Source of the DNA: Octopus bimaculoides
Taxonomy: Eukaryota
Direction: 5' to 3'
Assembly: GCF_001194135.2 (NCBI RefSeq)
Contig: NC_068992.1
Location: 8,102,628 to 8,166,627 of the forward strand
DNA: 64,000 bases
The notes under the pieces were generated by a model, which did no database searches, was not told where the DNA came from, and saw only the letters and a program-made list of their open reading frames with translations. Shown piece by piece: positions 1-13,100 of the stretch; positions within the stretch are counted from its first letter, which is position 1, and every line of letters starts with the position of its first letter. The translations under genes and the position numbers were made by a program.

Positions 1-687
1 AAGCTACATGGCCGTAAACAAACCAACATCTGTTGTCAAGCGATGTATGTGTGTGTTGTCACAGGTACAGATACATGCTTCTGTACAGTTTCCAACAAAG
101 CATTGAATGGCCTGTAGCCATAGTAGAAGATACATGCTTAAGGTGCTGCACAGTTGGGGTTGAACCTGACAGAAACCATTTGCTTGCAATGCAAGCTTCT
201 TAACCGGACGTTGATGCCTGGAAATTATACTTTGTCCTTTTAGTTTCATGACTGTTGCCAGGTTCGTAACTACATAATGATCAATTCGATCTCTGCTGTA
301 TAGTAATTGGGGTATATTTCTTATAATAGGACTCGACTTGACTAATAGCTTCCAAGTGTGTGTGTGTGAAGGTATATAGGCTAGTGTTTAGGATGTTGCA
401 CTCCTGATTGTGAGTTCATGGGCTCAATTCCAAAAGCAGTGATGAGCAAAACACTTCATTTGACATTGCTGCAGTCCACTTAGCTGTAAATGGGTAACCC
501 TTCGACTGACCTGTATCTTGTTCAAGGGTAATGTAAGCCTGACTGCTTAGCCACAATCTGGTGGTTAAGGAAATTGAATAGAAAAACATTACAAAGTTAT
601 GATATAGAGGAGACATTGATGGAAGGAGCAACAGAATTGAGTGAGTGATTTATCAACAAAGAGTGTGTGTATGTGTAGCTTTGCGTT

Positions 688-1010
688 CCTGGCACTTGTG
701 CCGGTGGCACATGAAAAGTCATTTGAGCGAGATCGTTGCCAGTGCCACTGGACTGGCTCCTGTGCAGGTGGCACGTAAAATACACCATTTTGAGTATGGC
801 CTTTGCCAGTACCACCTGACTGGCCTTCGTGCCGGTGGCATGTAGAAGCACCCACTGCTCTTGGAGTGGTTGGTGTTAGGAAGGGCATCCAGCTGTAGAA
901 ACTCTGCCAAATCAGATTGGAGCCTGGTGTAGCCATCTGGTTCACCAGTCCACAGTCAAATCATCCAACCCATGCTAGCATGGAAAGCGGACGTTAAACG
1001 ATGATGATGA
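688..1010 (+). mobile_element. RTE 3'-end-derived short repeat ((GAT)n tail family)
   Basis: Matches 37030-37368 (ggcacgtaaaa...gaagggcatccagctgtagaaac...catgctagcatggaaagcggacgttaaacgatgatg). Confidence 0.8.
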
Positions 1011-1929
1011 TTTTCCATGCTTGCATGAGTCAAGTAAAAGTACACTGGAGCCAAGGTTTTACATTCGGATACTTTTCCTGTTTCCAACTTCCCCCTCTTT
1101 CCAAGTGGGCTAATAATCTCCCAGTCTATCAAATAACTGCCTGGATATGTTTTCTGTGGAGAATTAGAACCAAGCGAGACCAGTTGAATGAGCCCTTGTT
1201 TACTAAGATTCTGCAACATGTCAAGATGGCTAGACCTGCTTTTATTGTGAACTGCAAGCAAATGACGCATTCAGCAAATGATTGTTTACAAACCAGTGAA
1301 TACTAGAGAATGACACACTCACACACACACACACACACACGGCAGGTTTCTTTTAGATTCTGTTTAGGGCTGTTATAGAAGGCATTTTCCCAAAGTCTCT
1401 TCAGAGAGACCGAACTTGAAACCAAGTGGTTTGGAGAACACTTCTTTACCACACAGCCATGCAATATTTTCTGTTGGTTGGTTTCCCACTTTCTGAAAAA
1501 GCAGTTGCGGAGATGAGAGAGAGAGAGTGAGTGTACAAGGAGTGATGGATTAGAAACATGGGAAATTAACAGGGTAGGGAGTCGGCAGCTGGTGAGACAG
1601 TTGGTTGTGAGAAAAAGAATCCAGTTAAATATAGGGAGAGATTGGGAAAAAAATATAGGAGAGGAAGAGATAGCACGAGGAAGGAAGGAAAAGTGGGAAG
1701 AAGGGAGATAAAGCTCTGCCCTAGAGAGCAGTTATTAGATATTGTGATACTATAACAGAGGTATAAAGAGTAAGCAAACGAGAGAAAGAGAATGGTAGAA
1801 AATGATGGGGTAGAGGTTTTGGGAGAAAAAAAAAAGATGGAAATATATTAGATAAACTAGAGAGAGGTAAAAATAAAGGGTAACTGAAAGAACGAAATGA
1901 AACAAGAAAATAACTGAAAGCAGTCCTCT

Positions 1930-2144
1930 GTGTGTGCATATATATATATATATACATACATACATATATACACACATATATATATATACACACACACACG
2001 CATATATATATATATGTGTATATATATATATATACATATATACATACACATATATATATGTACACACACACATATATATATACATACATACACACATATA
2101 TATATACACACACACACGCATATATATATATATATGTATATATG

Positions 2145-2178
<34 letters not shown>

Positions 2179-2250
2179 TATACATACACATATATATATG
2201 TATACACACACACACACACATATGTATACATACATACATACACTCTCACA
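1930..2250. repeat. Compound (TA)n/(CA)n/(TACA)n microsatellite
   Basis: Read directly; source of several spurious ORFs. Confidence 0.95.
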
Positions 2251-5200
2251 CATGCACCTTGGTTTCTTCTTAACTCAAATCTATCCCTTCATTCAGACTG
2301 ATAAGACAGATGAAACTGAAATTGATTGTGAACATCTGCAGTGAAAAAAAAAAAAAAAAAGAAAATTTAAATTTAAATTAAAACTGGGAGGTACGAACAG
2401 TTTCTCTGAATGCTGAGATCAAAGACCTCTGCTGAAAACTCCATAAGAGCAGGTGGTACATGTGATTAGCAGTAGTAGCACTTGTGTATGTAGTATGCCA
2501 AGCAAGCTACACACATGAAATGTGTATGAAGTTATTTCACTTTAGTTTATGCCACCTTCTGCTGTATGTCAGGGTGGGGGAGACACGAATGTCAAGTATT
2601 CCATTCCTTTTCTCTTGTAAACGTGGCTACATGCTCAATTCAAATGCAATTAGTAGTTGTAGTAGTAGTAGTAGAAAAAGTCTGACATGACACAAGACTA
2701 AAAATTTTGGAGAGAAGTCAGTCAGTTATATTAACCTGCTACTTGACTTGTGTTTATTTTATTGATCTCAGGACAATAAAATGGTGAATATTTGAATGTA
2801 GAAAACAGTGCTGGAACGAGTACCACAAAATGTTTTAGCTAAATGCTCTAATAATTTTTATGTATCTACTAAACGTTATAGTAGTTGTAGTTTCTAATAT
2901 ATTCAAAAAATTTTGGGAGGGAAGGGAACAGTCGGTTCATACCGACTTCAATAATTCATGTGTATTTTATCAACACCAGAAGAATGAAAGGCAAAGTTGA
3001 CTTTGGTGAGATTTGAACTCAATGGGAAGAGCTAGAATAAATACTGCAAGGCAATTTGTTTGATTCCAACCATTCTGATAATCCACCACTCATTGTCGGA
3101 ATAACGTTGAGAAATGCCAGACACTAATCCCCTTCTAATCTATATTGGTCTGGAACATTGTATCATTGTACAAAACAAGCAGCAGTTGTGGTGGTGTATC
3201 TAGCTGTTTGTATTTTTTTCTTGTGTGTTTGTGGTAGGTTTGTCTGTGCTTTTGTGTACACAGTCACTCCCCAATTCCCAGATCCATCTACGACACTGTC
3301 AATAAATGCAGACATGGCTGTGTGGTAAGAAATTTGCTGTTCTACCATACAGTTTTGGGTCTAGTCCCACTGTACAACACCTTGGGTGTGTTCTTTAACC
3401 CTTGACTGACGGAAGCCTTGTCTGTGGATTTGGTGGATGGAAACTAAAAGACACCTGTTGTGTCTGTGTGCGTGTATATATTATGTGTGTGCATTATGAA
3501 TGTTACTTTTGTACAAGCTGTGTTCTTCATCTCCAATCTTCTGTGGAAACCTGTGCGAGGTTACCAGCATTGCCTTCTAGCACTTGTGCTGGTGGCATGC
3601 TAGAAGGCAACGCTGGTAACGATTAGAATGTAGTTTCTGATAAGTAAAATGGAGGAATGGTCACTGTTGGAATGGCTTTGGTCATTGGTTTGTTGGGTGA
3701 AGGCTGATTTGGCTTTAGATAATACACTATTTAAGTCCATTTACTCTATTAGCCAATAAAAGAACTCCATACATGATTGCTCAGTTTGCTAGAAATAATA
3801 GCCCAGTCTCCCTTAAATCATACCTGTATTCTTTTAAAGAAAACACTTTTGATAATGATGATACTGTGTTCCCTGCACATAATATAACTTGATGGTCCAA
3901 CTGGAGTGTCTTCAATATATCTCGACCCCATCAGAATTGACCTCTGGTCAAACCACTTGAACTCCCACCCACACTTCTGTGTACATCTCAGATTAATTTT
4001 TCCTCTTATCGTGATTAAAATAATAATCTTATTTTATTTTCAGTGTTTGCCTAGTTAACGCAGTTTTTCAGATTTCAAATATTTGTGTTTGTTGTCTCAA
4101 GTGTTTATACAGCTGGATTTTACACATTTCTAATGTATATCCATTCTAACTCTGAGGTTGGAGTAGCATCAGCTTCACAGCTGGGGATATTTTTGTGATT
4201 GTGGGGTGCAAACATGGATCTGTGGTTAAGAAGTGTGCTTCTTCACCCACATGGTTTTGGGTTCATACCCACTGCATGTGTTTTATACCTTAGCTCCAGG
4301 CTGACCAAAGCCCTGTATGTACATACATTCCTGACACATTTCTGCAAATAGTCCTTGTTCATTGTCACATATCTGAACCTTTGTCCTGGCTTGCACAAAA
4401 CACTCTGCATTGGTGGCGTCCTACTCAAAAGTGACAGTTGTGGTAGTAGTTGCTGTTTAGCTGTAGGTCAGCCTCACTTGACACTGACAATGATTTCATT
4501 CAGGAGTTAATCCCGGAGATTGGATTTCAATGAAACAAAAGTAAATGGATATATAATAAAAGGGATTTTCTCACTCCATTCTCCTTGTTTGTAATTATCT
4601 CTCTCTCAAATATATATATGTGTGTGTGTATGTGTAAGTGGCTCCCATGGAGCAAATTTTTCACTTTCAGCATGCAGTCTCATCAAATTATATTATTAAA
4701 AGTGGATAACATTGAAATTAAGTTTTAACTTAACACTTTCTCACTCTATCCTAGCATGGGCTGGTGGGGTTATTATACACATTTTGACATTTAGATTCTT
4801 CTACCATTCTCCTCCTAGCCTAGCTGTAAATGCTGTAAATGTGACGTACTATCCAGACAGATATCTTACTTGATGATGGAGCCTTCTAAAGTAGGCTACA
4901 ACACAACTCCTTCCAATGATGGTTGTTGATGTTGTTATTTAGTTTTAGTTCATCCCTGTTTAAGTATACCTGTGATGAAACATTTTTAGGCCGTGATCAT
5001 CCTGGCTTTTTATTTTTCAGGAAGTGTTCATCCAGGACCACATTAATGCATTCTCCATCTTTTATCAGGTTGAGTAAAAAGTAAGCAATGTTTTGAACCA
5101 TGAAGAATTTGTACAGGATTTTTGCAGAGTTTTGAATTTTTTTTTAAACATGTTTTTGCAATTGGCTGATAATACTTGCCCAAATGCATCAATAAATTAA

Positions 5201-6292
5201 CATTGATTTCTCAAAATTTTGTAGCCTCCTGTCTATGATAAAAACCATTATCATTAGAGCCAGGAAACTAGTCAAAGCAATAGAAAGTCGGCTAAGGTAC
5301 CTTATATACTGGATTAATTCAATTACCTATACTTCATTCTCTACAATATTAGCTTTGTACCATTAGATAAATAGGAAAAAAGAAAAAAAGAACTATTTAA
5401 TATTTTTATACTTTTATCTTAATTGGAAATATCCTATTTCGGATTTTGACTAATTATTTATTATATTGTAGGCTAGCAATTAAAATATTGCTGATTAGTG
5501 TTTTGATAAAACAACTTTTTTTTTTGATTAGATAATCAGCTCTCAGATGGGAAAATAATTGCCCTCTGACATTTTCAGTAACCTATTTAGTTCTATGTTG
5601 TCACATTGTCATATTACTTTAAATTGTCTATTGTTTTATATTGCAAGTTTTCTAGATTTTTTAAACTATTTCTATAATTTTAGTTTGACATCTTTCTTTT
5701 TTTTTTCTTTCTCCTCCCATTGCATAATGTACCTTGACTGGTTGATAATGAATGATACTGAATGATAACGAGATTTAACATTATAATTATTAGAGTGAAA
5801 GATTGTTATTATTAGCTCCTTCCCCACCAAATTTCAGGCCTTGCCAATTGTAGACTGTTTAACCCTTGGTAATTCCTTATCAATGGCATTCCACTCCTGA
5901 CTAACCCATCTTATATGCAGACAGTGTATCAAGGACTATGTTTTCAAATGGTTCCTTCCTTTTTTTTTTTCTTGTGAAGATGATGGTGTGTGATTTAGGG
6001 AGATCCAGATGTTATCTCAGCTGTTAAACAATGGCATTAAGGCAGCCTCATTGGTTTGTGCGTCTAGTGTTGTGGGTCTGTAATCTTAATACAAGCAGTG
6101 GCTCCCTTGGATCTGTTGTTGCTGCAACAGCAATGTTTGATTTTAAGTGCTCTGTGTAAAACTGAAGTTTTCATTTTATAAATTCTCACTACATCACTTT
6201 CTTACTAACAGCAACATATGTTTTTAAAATCTGCCCAGAAAATTTTCCTCTAATACTATATGAATTACAGTGTTGCTTTTCACGTTTTACAG

Positions 6293-6392
6293 ACAAAGAA
6301 GTATGAACCAGCCAGTCTCATCTTAAATGAGGAGAAAGATGGCCCAGCGAGTTTGCCGGAGGACAATCTGAAAACGGAGGATCTTTTCGCTG
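6293..6392 (+). CDS. SNX2: SNX1/2 N-terminal exon, 100 nt, phase 0->1: TKKYEPASLILNEEKDGPASLPEDNLKTEDLFA
   Basis: Acceptor cacgttttacag, donor G|gtgagc. Only this frame is open. EPASL...EDLFA resembles vertebrate SNX2 exon 2, which also ends at EDLFA in phase 1. Confidence 0.85.
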
Positions 6393-9300
6393 GTGAGCTT
6401 TCATATTCATTTGGAAAACTCCTGTTTTTAAATATTACTTTGTTTTTCTTCTTACCCTGTTCTGATATAAAAATCTATTTTTGTTTTTGTTTAGATTGTC
6501 TGTAATGTCTCTTTGTCGTCCATGAATTGATATTTGGTTCGAATCAAATGAAATAGGTTTTCAGTTTTATGTCCTGGAATACTTGATTTTCTGCCACATT
6601 TGTGTAGGAATATATTTAATAGCATGTTTTCTTTTCAGTTGATGCTTATCCACTTGAAAGCAATGCAGATTTATTAGATTATGGTGAAGAATTCCGAAAA
6701 GGAATATTGGATCTAGGTTAGTTTGGCCAAAAGCCTACATGTCCTTTATGCTTCATGAAGACAATTTGTAGCTGGTTCGACTGCATCTTAGAACTGCATG
6801 TTTGTGCGTGTTACTTTATTTTTTGTTCTCATGTAGATGTGGCTTCACAATGTGCAGCTATTTTACTTATGGAAGTAGGATATTATATTATACAGAAGTT
6901 ATTTCTCATAGGTATTAATCACTCAGACAGTCCTATTAGCAGATGATGCTTTATGACTAATTATTTACACAATCTATTTTTCAATTATTCTCAGTCATTT
7001 TTTTTTTGTACTTTACCTTCAGTCTTTGTACTACAGCCACTACTATTTAAAAAAAAAAAAATCTGCATTATTTGTCCTAGAATGTTAAGTGACAAGTGGC
7101 CTTTGAATTTAAGTTTTATATAGTCTTAATTGTGTAATACAAATTATAACTACACTATAAATGTTAAATCATTCACTCTTAAAACTATAGAACTCTGAGT
7201 AACTCCTCCGTTTGCTGAAGACTGTAATGTACAGACTGAGCCTGCCTTGTCCATTTTCACTATAACTTCTACATTTTAATCAGCCGAGATTCCCCTGGAT
7301 AGCAGTTTTGATATGACACACTTTGACTGTTACCTTATCATGTTGTACTCTTGACCAAGGAGCTAAATGCTGCTTGGTCAAAGGTACAACGTGATACGCC
7401 ACAAAACATACTGAAATCTGGCAATCTGTTTGATTAATTATCTCCAGGTCATATGTCTTCTAGAGCTGAGTTGCAACTACTATTACAACAACAATCATTC
7501 TCGATATGTTCAGTGTTCTGTCATTAAATTAGTCTCTTTGTCTCCTGTTTTTCTACTGCCACAAATACAGCTATTGTCTTCTCACAATCGTTGTCTCTCT
7601 CTCTCTCATACTTTGTTGATTAGTGATAACCATTGTTTGAAAGCAATTTGGAGATTACTATTACATGGAGGCAGACTTGAGAAAACTGCTGTTTGTAGAC
7701 AAACTAAAGCTGACCCTTGTATGCGAGCAAACTGGAGATGACTGTTAAATATGAGCAGACTAGAGATGACTGTAAATATAAGCAGATTAAGATTGACCAT
7801 TAAATATAAGCCGACTAGGGATGCCTATGAAAATCAGTGAGACTAGGAATGGCTATCAAATGTTGGCAGACTAGAGATAACTGTTAAATGTAGGTGGACA
7901 AGAGATGGCCATCAGCTGTATTGGTTGGTATTTAAATGAAGTTGGCTGTTTAGGCCAGACTACATCTTGACCATTTGAATATTTTAATGTATAGTCTAAG
8001 TTTCATGAGGATTTGTCACAACATACTGGGCAGTGCAATGATGAGGTACTATTTTCAGTGAGACTGCGATGTAAATATTTGAAGATGATGATTCAGTCTC
8101 TTTTTATGGTGGCGGTGACAGACTGTTTTAGTTGAAGTCTCACCATAGACATTTCTAAAATGATCCAAGCAAGCAGAACTGGAATTCAGCATTGCAGAGT
8201 ATATGAAACGCTTAAATTTACAATCGCACCATGATTATCAATAGTAAAATGTATCTGCTGCAAGGTGGGTTCAGTTAGTGAGTTATGTGCAGTAGCCATT
8301 CATATATAGAGCTACTTCAGTAATAGTTTGAATCTTTCAGTCACTATTAAATGCTCCATCAACACCTGTCCTTTAGCTAGAAGTCCAAATCCCCCTGTCA
8401 ACCTGGCTTACTGATAAGTGCATGATAACGTTTGATAGCTTTGTTTGGCAGCATGCATTTCAATTAATTGATACTAGATACTTTGGAACATGTTTTTTTA
8501 TCTCAATGACTCACTCTTTCCCTAGGTGCAAGGTGGATGTTATTAGCTGATCTACTGAGTAATTTTTTTTGTTTTGTTTCTCTTTGCTTTTTATGTTTCT
8601 AACTTTGTAATGCAGATTATGTGAGGAAGATGAAAAAACAAAAAAAAAACAACAAACCACCACCTTCTGGTAAACAAGCTTGGTTTCTTTAAATTGATCC
8701 ATAGACATCTATTATTTAAAGATGATGTAAGGTGGTGAACTGGCAGAGTTGTTTGTGAGCATATGGGACAAAATGCTTAGTGGCATTTTATGTTCTGAGT
8801 TCAAATTCCGCCAGGGTTGGCTTAGCCTTTCATTCTTTCAGAGTCTATAGAATTTGTATCAGCTGAGCACTGGGCTTGATATAATCAACTTAGCCCCTCC
8901 CCTAAAATTTCAGACCTTGTGCCTATATTAGAAAGGATTATTTAAAGGTGGGGTTTTGTTAGGGTTTGCAACTGATTTTCTCAGATTTGAACCATTTGTT
9001 AATGTACATTGGATGCTGTTGTCATGGGCCCAAACTATACCAGAGCACCATAACAACAAGGAAAGAGTTGTATATATTAAGTAGGAGAATTCTGCTGGAC
9101 AATTAGGTGGAATGGGGGCTGAAGTTTGATTTGTTGGATCTCTCAAGGAGAAAATAATGCTAGCAGAGCAGAACTCTCCTTATAAGGTTGTGTTGCTGAT
9201 AATGGCATTAGTGAGTTGAAAGGCCAGTGAAGGTAGCCATCAGATGGCAAATCTGTTGAAGCAGCAGAAGTGATGCCTTCAGAATCAATGATGGATGATG

Positions 9301-10099
9301 CAATTTCTTAGATTTTCCCACCATTTATAACTGACCAACTAGTGTCTCAGAAATCCTTGTAATGTCTCATAAGATTAGACCCCTAATTCTTAAGATTATT
9401 GCTGCTTAACAACCATTTCATCTGATATCATGAGTAGACAATTAATCTAATCCAGATTTTATTGAACCCCATGTCAGCCCTGAATGAGTAGACCTATGAC
9501 CAAAAGCATCCCAGCTTTAACCTTTGTCTTAAATTTTTTTTCAGGTATTGTGTATTTAGGACTGTGTTATTCAATGTATCTTCCTTTTTTTTCTTTTTTT
9601 AGACAATAAAGTGTGATTTGAGGGAGATTTGGTTGCTATTTTTAGCAGGTTTAGTAGCGACATAGATGCTCCCTTCATTTATATTACCCAATAACTTGTT
9701 ACTCTTGCCGTAAACTAAATTCTCATCCCTGTTACAATTTCCCGTCAAAAGCACTTCGTTCCTTTTGCATTATTAAACAGTTTCTGGAAAGAGCACAAAT
9801 GTTAGCATTCTAGTTTCCCAGTCTTCCATCAATAATATATGCCTCCTAATCTTCATTGAAAGAAATCAATGAGTTTGACAAATGTGATAGAACTTAACAA
9901 ACCTCAATTGCTGTACACTCAATCAAATTTGCTTCTTGCTTCAAGTCTTTTTGTGTCTTTTTTTTTTTTGTTTGTTCACACAAATTTTAATTTTTGATCT
10001 TTTAAATAAATTTGTATTTTTGTTTATGTATTGTTGATTTTACCCACATTTGAGTTTTGTGTGAATAATGTATGTTGACACTAAATGCATGTATAGCTA

Positions 10100-10132
<33 letters not shown>

Positions 10133-13100
10133 CACACACTTGACATTGTTTCAGTAATTTCTTAATCTTTCACCGTTATTTTTCTCTTTGCCTGTGTTAT
10201 AAATACGTATTGTCACTTTATTATATTGTATTAATATATAATTATTTTATCACCTTCTTTTTCTCTATTACATTTCATGTATTTTTGTATTTATTGCATG
10301 TATTTCACAAATTTCACACATTTATGTTGAATTACATTCTTGGTTTTACTTTTATTTCTTTATATTTTTTTTTGTAAATACATTACTTTATACATCAGTA
10401 AAATTGTAAAATTTTGTTGGCTATAAAAATAGGACAACACCTTCAGTAGATCTGATCTAGTAGTTCTCTGAATCAAATGTATACACCTAACTCTTTCTCT
10501 CTCACATATACATGCATACGCACCTCTATAAATAGTTAATGCTGGAAGGCATAAAATAATCCTGGTGTGCACGTACATCATTTTTATTAATGTTCCAACT
10601 AACATTAACCCAGTATTAGATTAGTTAATGCTTTTATTCTTTGTATGGCTTGATGATCAACTTTACATCAATTTATAATCATCAAATAAGATCTGATAGT
10701 ATGTTAGTGTTAACACCTCAAAATAGATAGAATATTAACTAGAAAATATGTGGTGAGAAAAATGAAATGTTACTCTTAGGTTTCTGGCAGTACAAGAGAC
10801 AATTCTGGATATGTCTTAGCCTTATTGTGATTTCATCAATGAAGCATAATTGCCAAAATAGTGACAAAACTATCTCAAAGTAAATGTTAAATATCGGTGC
10901 TATGAAATAGTTTTCTTCACTGCGTATTTCTAGTTAGCTTTTGCATTATGTTACTATTAACTTATTGTTTTTTTCATGCAGATGGCATATCTGAATTATT
11001 TAAAGATCAGCAACTTAGTGTGAAACTTTTAAATAACAGCCAACATACTTTTAAGATTTATATTCACCATTTTATGATAGAAATGACTGTCAGGCCCAAA
11101 TGAGATTCCAACCATTCTAAAGTGGGTCCCTTGTTCATTATCTACTGTATTTGATGACATATAAACACATCTTTTCCTTCAAAATGTCTTTAAAAAATCA
11201 CCTTTGGGCTTAAATGCAAAGTTGGGCCTATATTGCATGCTTTAATGCGCTATAAACTTTGGGAAGCATCTCATATGCCTTGTGCATCTTTTATGCCATC
11301 AAATACTGTTATACTAAGTTGGTATTTATAAGATACTGTTTATAATAGATAATAGCATTTAATGTCTGAGATGTTAAATTATAATGGTTAGTATGTTTAA
11401 CAACTATTTACTGAAAATACAGATGCATTATACAATATTACACACCTGTAATGTCAGGTAATTACTACAGTGATTCTGATTGCTTAGGCTGCAGATTCTT
11501 CCTGTCCTTGGACTTGCCAGGGTAAGGTGACAGTCTTAGAGCAAAAGCAGTAATAGCAATGTGTCTAGTTGCAAGCTGCTAAGTGGAGGTGCTTGGTGCT
11601 TTGGTGAAAGTAAGATACAAACTTGTCAGAGAAAGTTCAATATGTTCTTTACTTAACTTTTGCATCTCTTTCTCTTTTAAAAAAAAAAAATTTTTTTATT
11701 TCTCTCTCCTGTTTCTGTCTCTCTTTTTCTTTCTCTCTCTCTCTCACACACACACAATTGTGCATATAGTAATAACTGGATGGTTCTAGTGAGATATTTA
11801 GCAAAACCAATATTCAAGTCCTTCATTAAAATTAGATTAACTATCAATGGCATGTTTTAAAAACGACCTGATTCTGCTTTGCTATTTTACCGACATTTTT
11901 ATTTTATCTGATCCATGCAAACATAAAAAAGTGGACTTTAAATAATGATGGAATAGATACTGTTGAAATAATGATGGAATGGATACTGTTGGGTCATTCA
12001 ACAGAGCAGATCCCAGTTGTGAATTTTAATTGCTTGAGTTTAAATACAAAGAAACAGGAAAAAAAGTGAGATAAGGAAGGGGGGAAAAAATAGGAGATAA
12101 AGCAGCAGAAAATGGAGGTGGGGGCGATGGGCCACATACCCTGGAACAAATGGTGTACTCAGCCACACCCTGCGATAATGACTGCAATGGCGTTGCAGCT
12201 GAGAATGGCCAGTGACACTCGCTGCAACAGCCAGTCCACCTTGTGGGGCTCATTTCTCCGATGGGTTGCCATTATCCCTATTTTGCCTGAGTAGACTTTT
12301 CAAATAAGTTCAACTCCACAGTTTAATGACTAAATCTTTTTGATTTTGTTGAATATGGGAGATAAAAAAAAATAAAAATAAAATAAAACAAAAACTGGCA
12401 CACTTCGAACAAGTCTTTTTTGTTTTAATAAAGAAAAGTTTTCAAATAAAAAAATTTAGAGGAAAAGTATATAGAAAGTTGTTTTAAAAAATGTAAAACA
12501 AAGAATTGTTATTTTAATATTTACACATTTTTTTTGTGATCACTCTAGCATTTTTTAATAAAATTTTGTGAAGCTTTAAGTTATGTTTTCAAAATTTCAT
12601 AGTGTACCATGCACCACTTGCAGTTCACTGCAACAGACACTTCAATTATTTCACTTTATAAGTTTGGATGTGACATTCTTCTTACACGAGAACACTTCAA
12701 TGTTTAGGATTCCCTATCAAGTTTTGGATCGTATAAACCACAAATCTTTGATCACTGTAAATAGCATCTTCTGAAATTCAAATGTCAATTTTTTTTTTTT
12801 TTAAATCGGTTACATGATGTATTAACTAATTTGGCCATTGAGTGATAGAAATGATAGTATGTCTAATTTGATGTTTGATAGTATTTGCCTTCAAAAGGTC
12901 GACCGTTGAATCAATAAATAAATTAATTACCAGGTATACACTGAGGTTGCTTAGTATATGTGTGTCCTCATTACCTATGTAAGAAACCATATTAATGATT
13001 CACCAATTCTTTTCAAAATGTTTTCTTTGAAACTGTTGTGAAATTTTATTTTTAACTATGATGACACAATGTGTCTTTATGTTACAGTCACTTTATTTTA

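Noticed and set aside
589-945. Recurrent ORFs containing FLQLDALP / SWMPFL (also 17861, 20554, 37003, 62242)
   Set aside because: Antisense or UTR readings of the RTE 3'-end repeat; their similarity reflects the repeat, not a protein family.
1721-2344. Cluster of 120-170 aa ORFs on both strands (YIYIYT/VCVY repeats)
   Set aside because: Translations of a TA/CA microsatellite; no coding signal. The same applies to similar ORFs at about 29025, 29671, 44057, 48240, 54019 and 63724.
5021-5068. 48-nt AG..GT segment open in phase 0 (EVFIQDHINAFSIFYQ)
   Set aside because: Appears to lie within a diverged dispersed repeat, has a weak donor (gttgag), and does not resemble the SNX N-terminus.
1-6292. 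Search for the SNX1/2 start (ATG) exon or promoter
   Set aside because: No CpG island or N-terminal coding exon found; the region is SINE- and microsatellite-filled intron, so exon 1 is probably upstream of the window.
7620-7926. Regularly spaced 28-bp units as a CRISPR-like array
   Set aside because: Eukaryotic context, contiguous units with no unique spacers, no cas genes.
10780-10860. 81-nt open phase-1 segment
   Set aside because: Weak donor (gtgaca) and a hydrophobic composition unlike the disordered tail.
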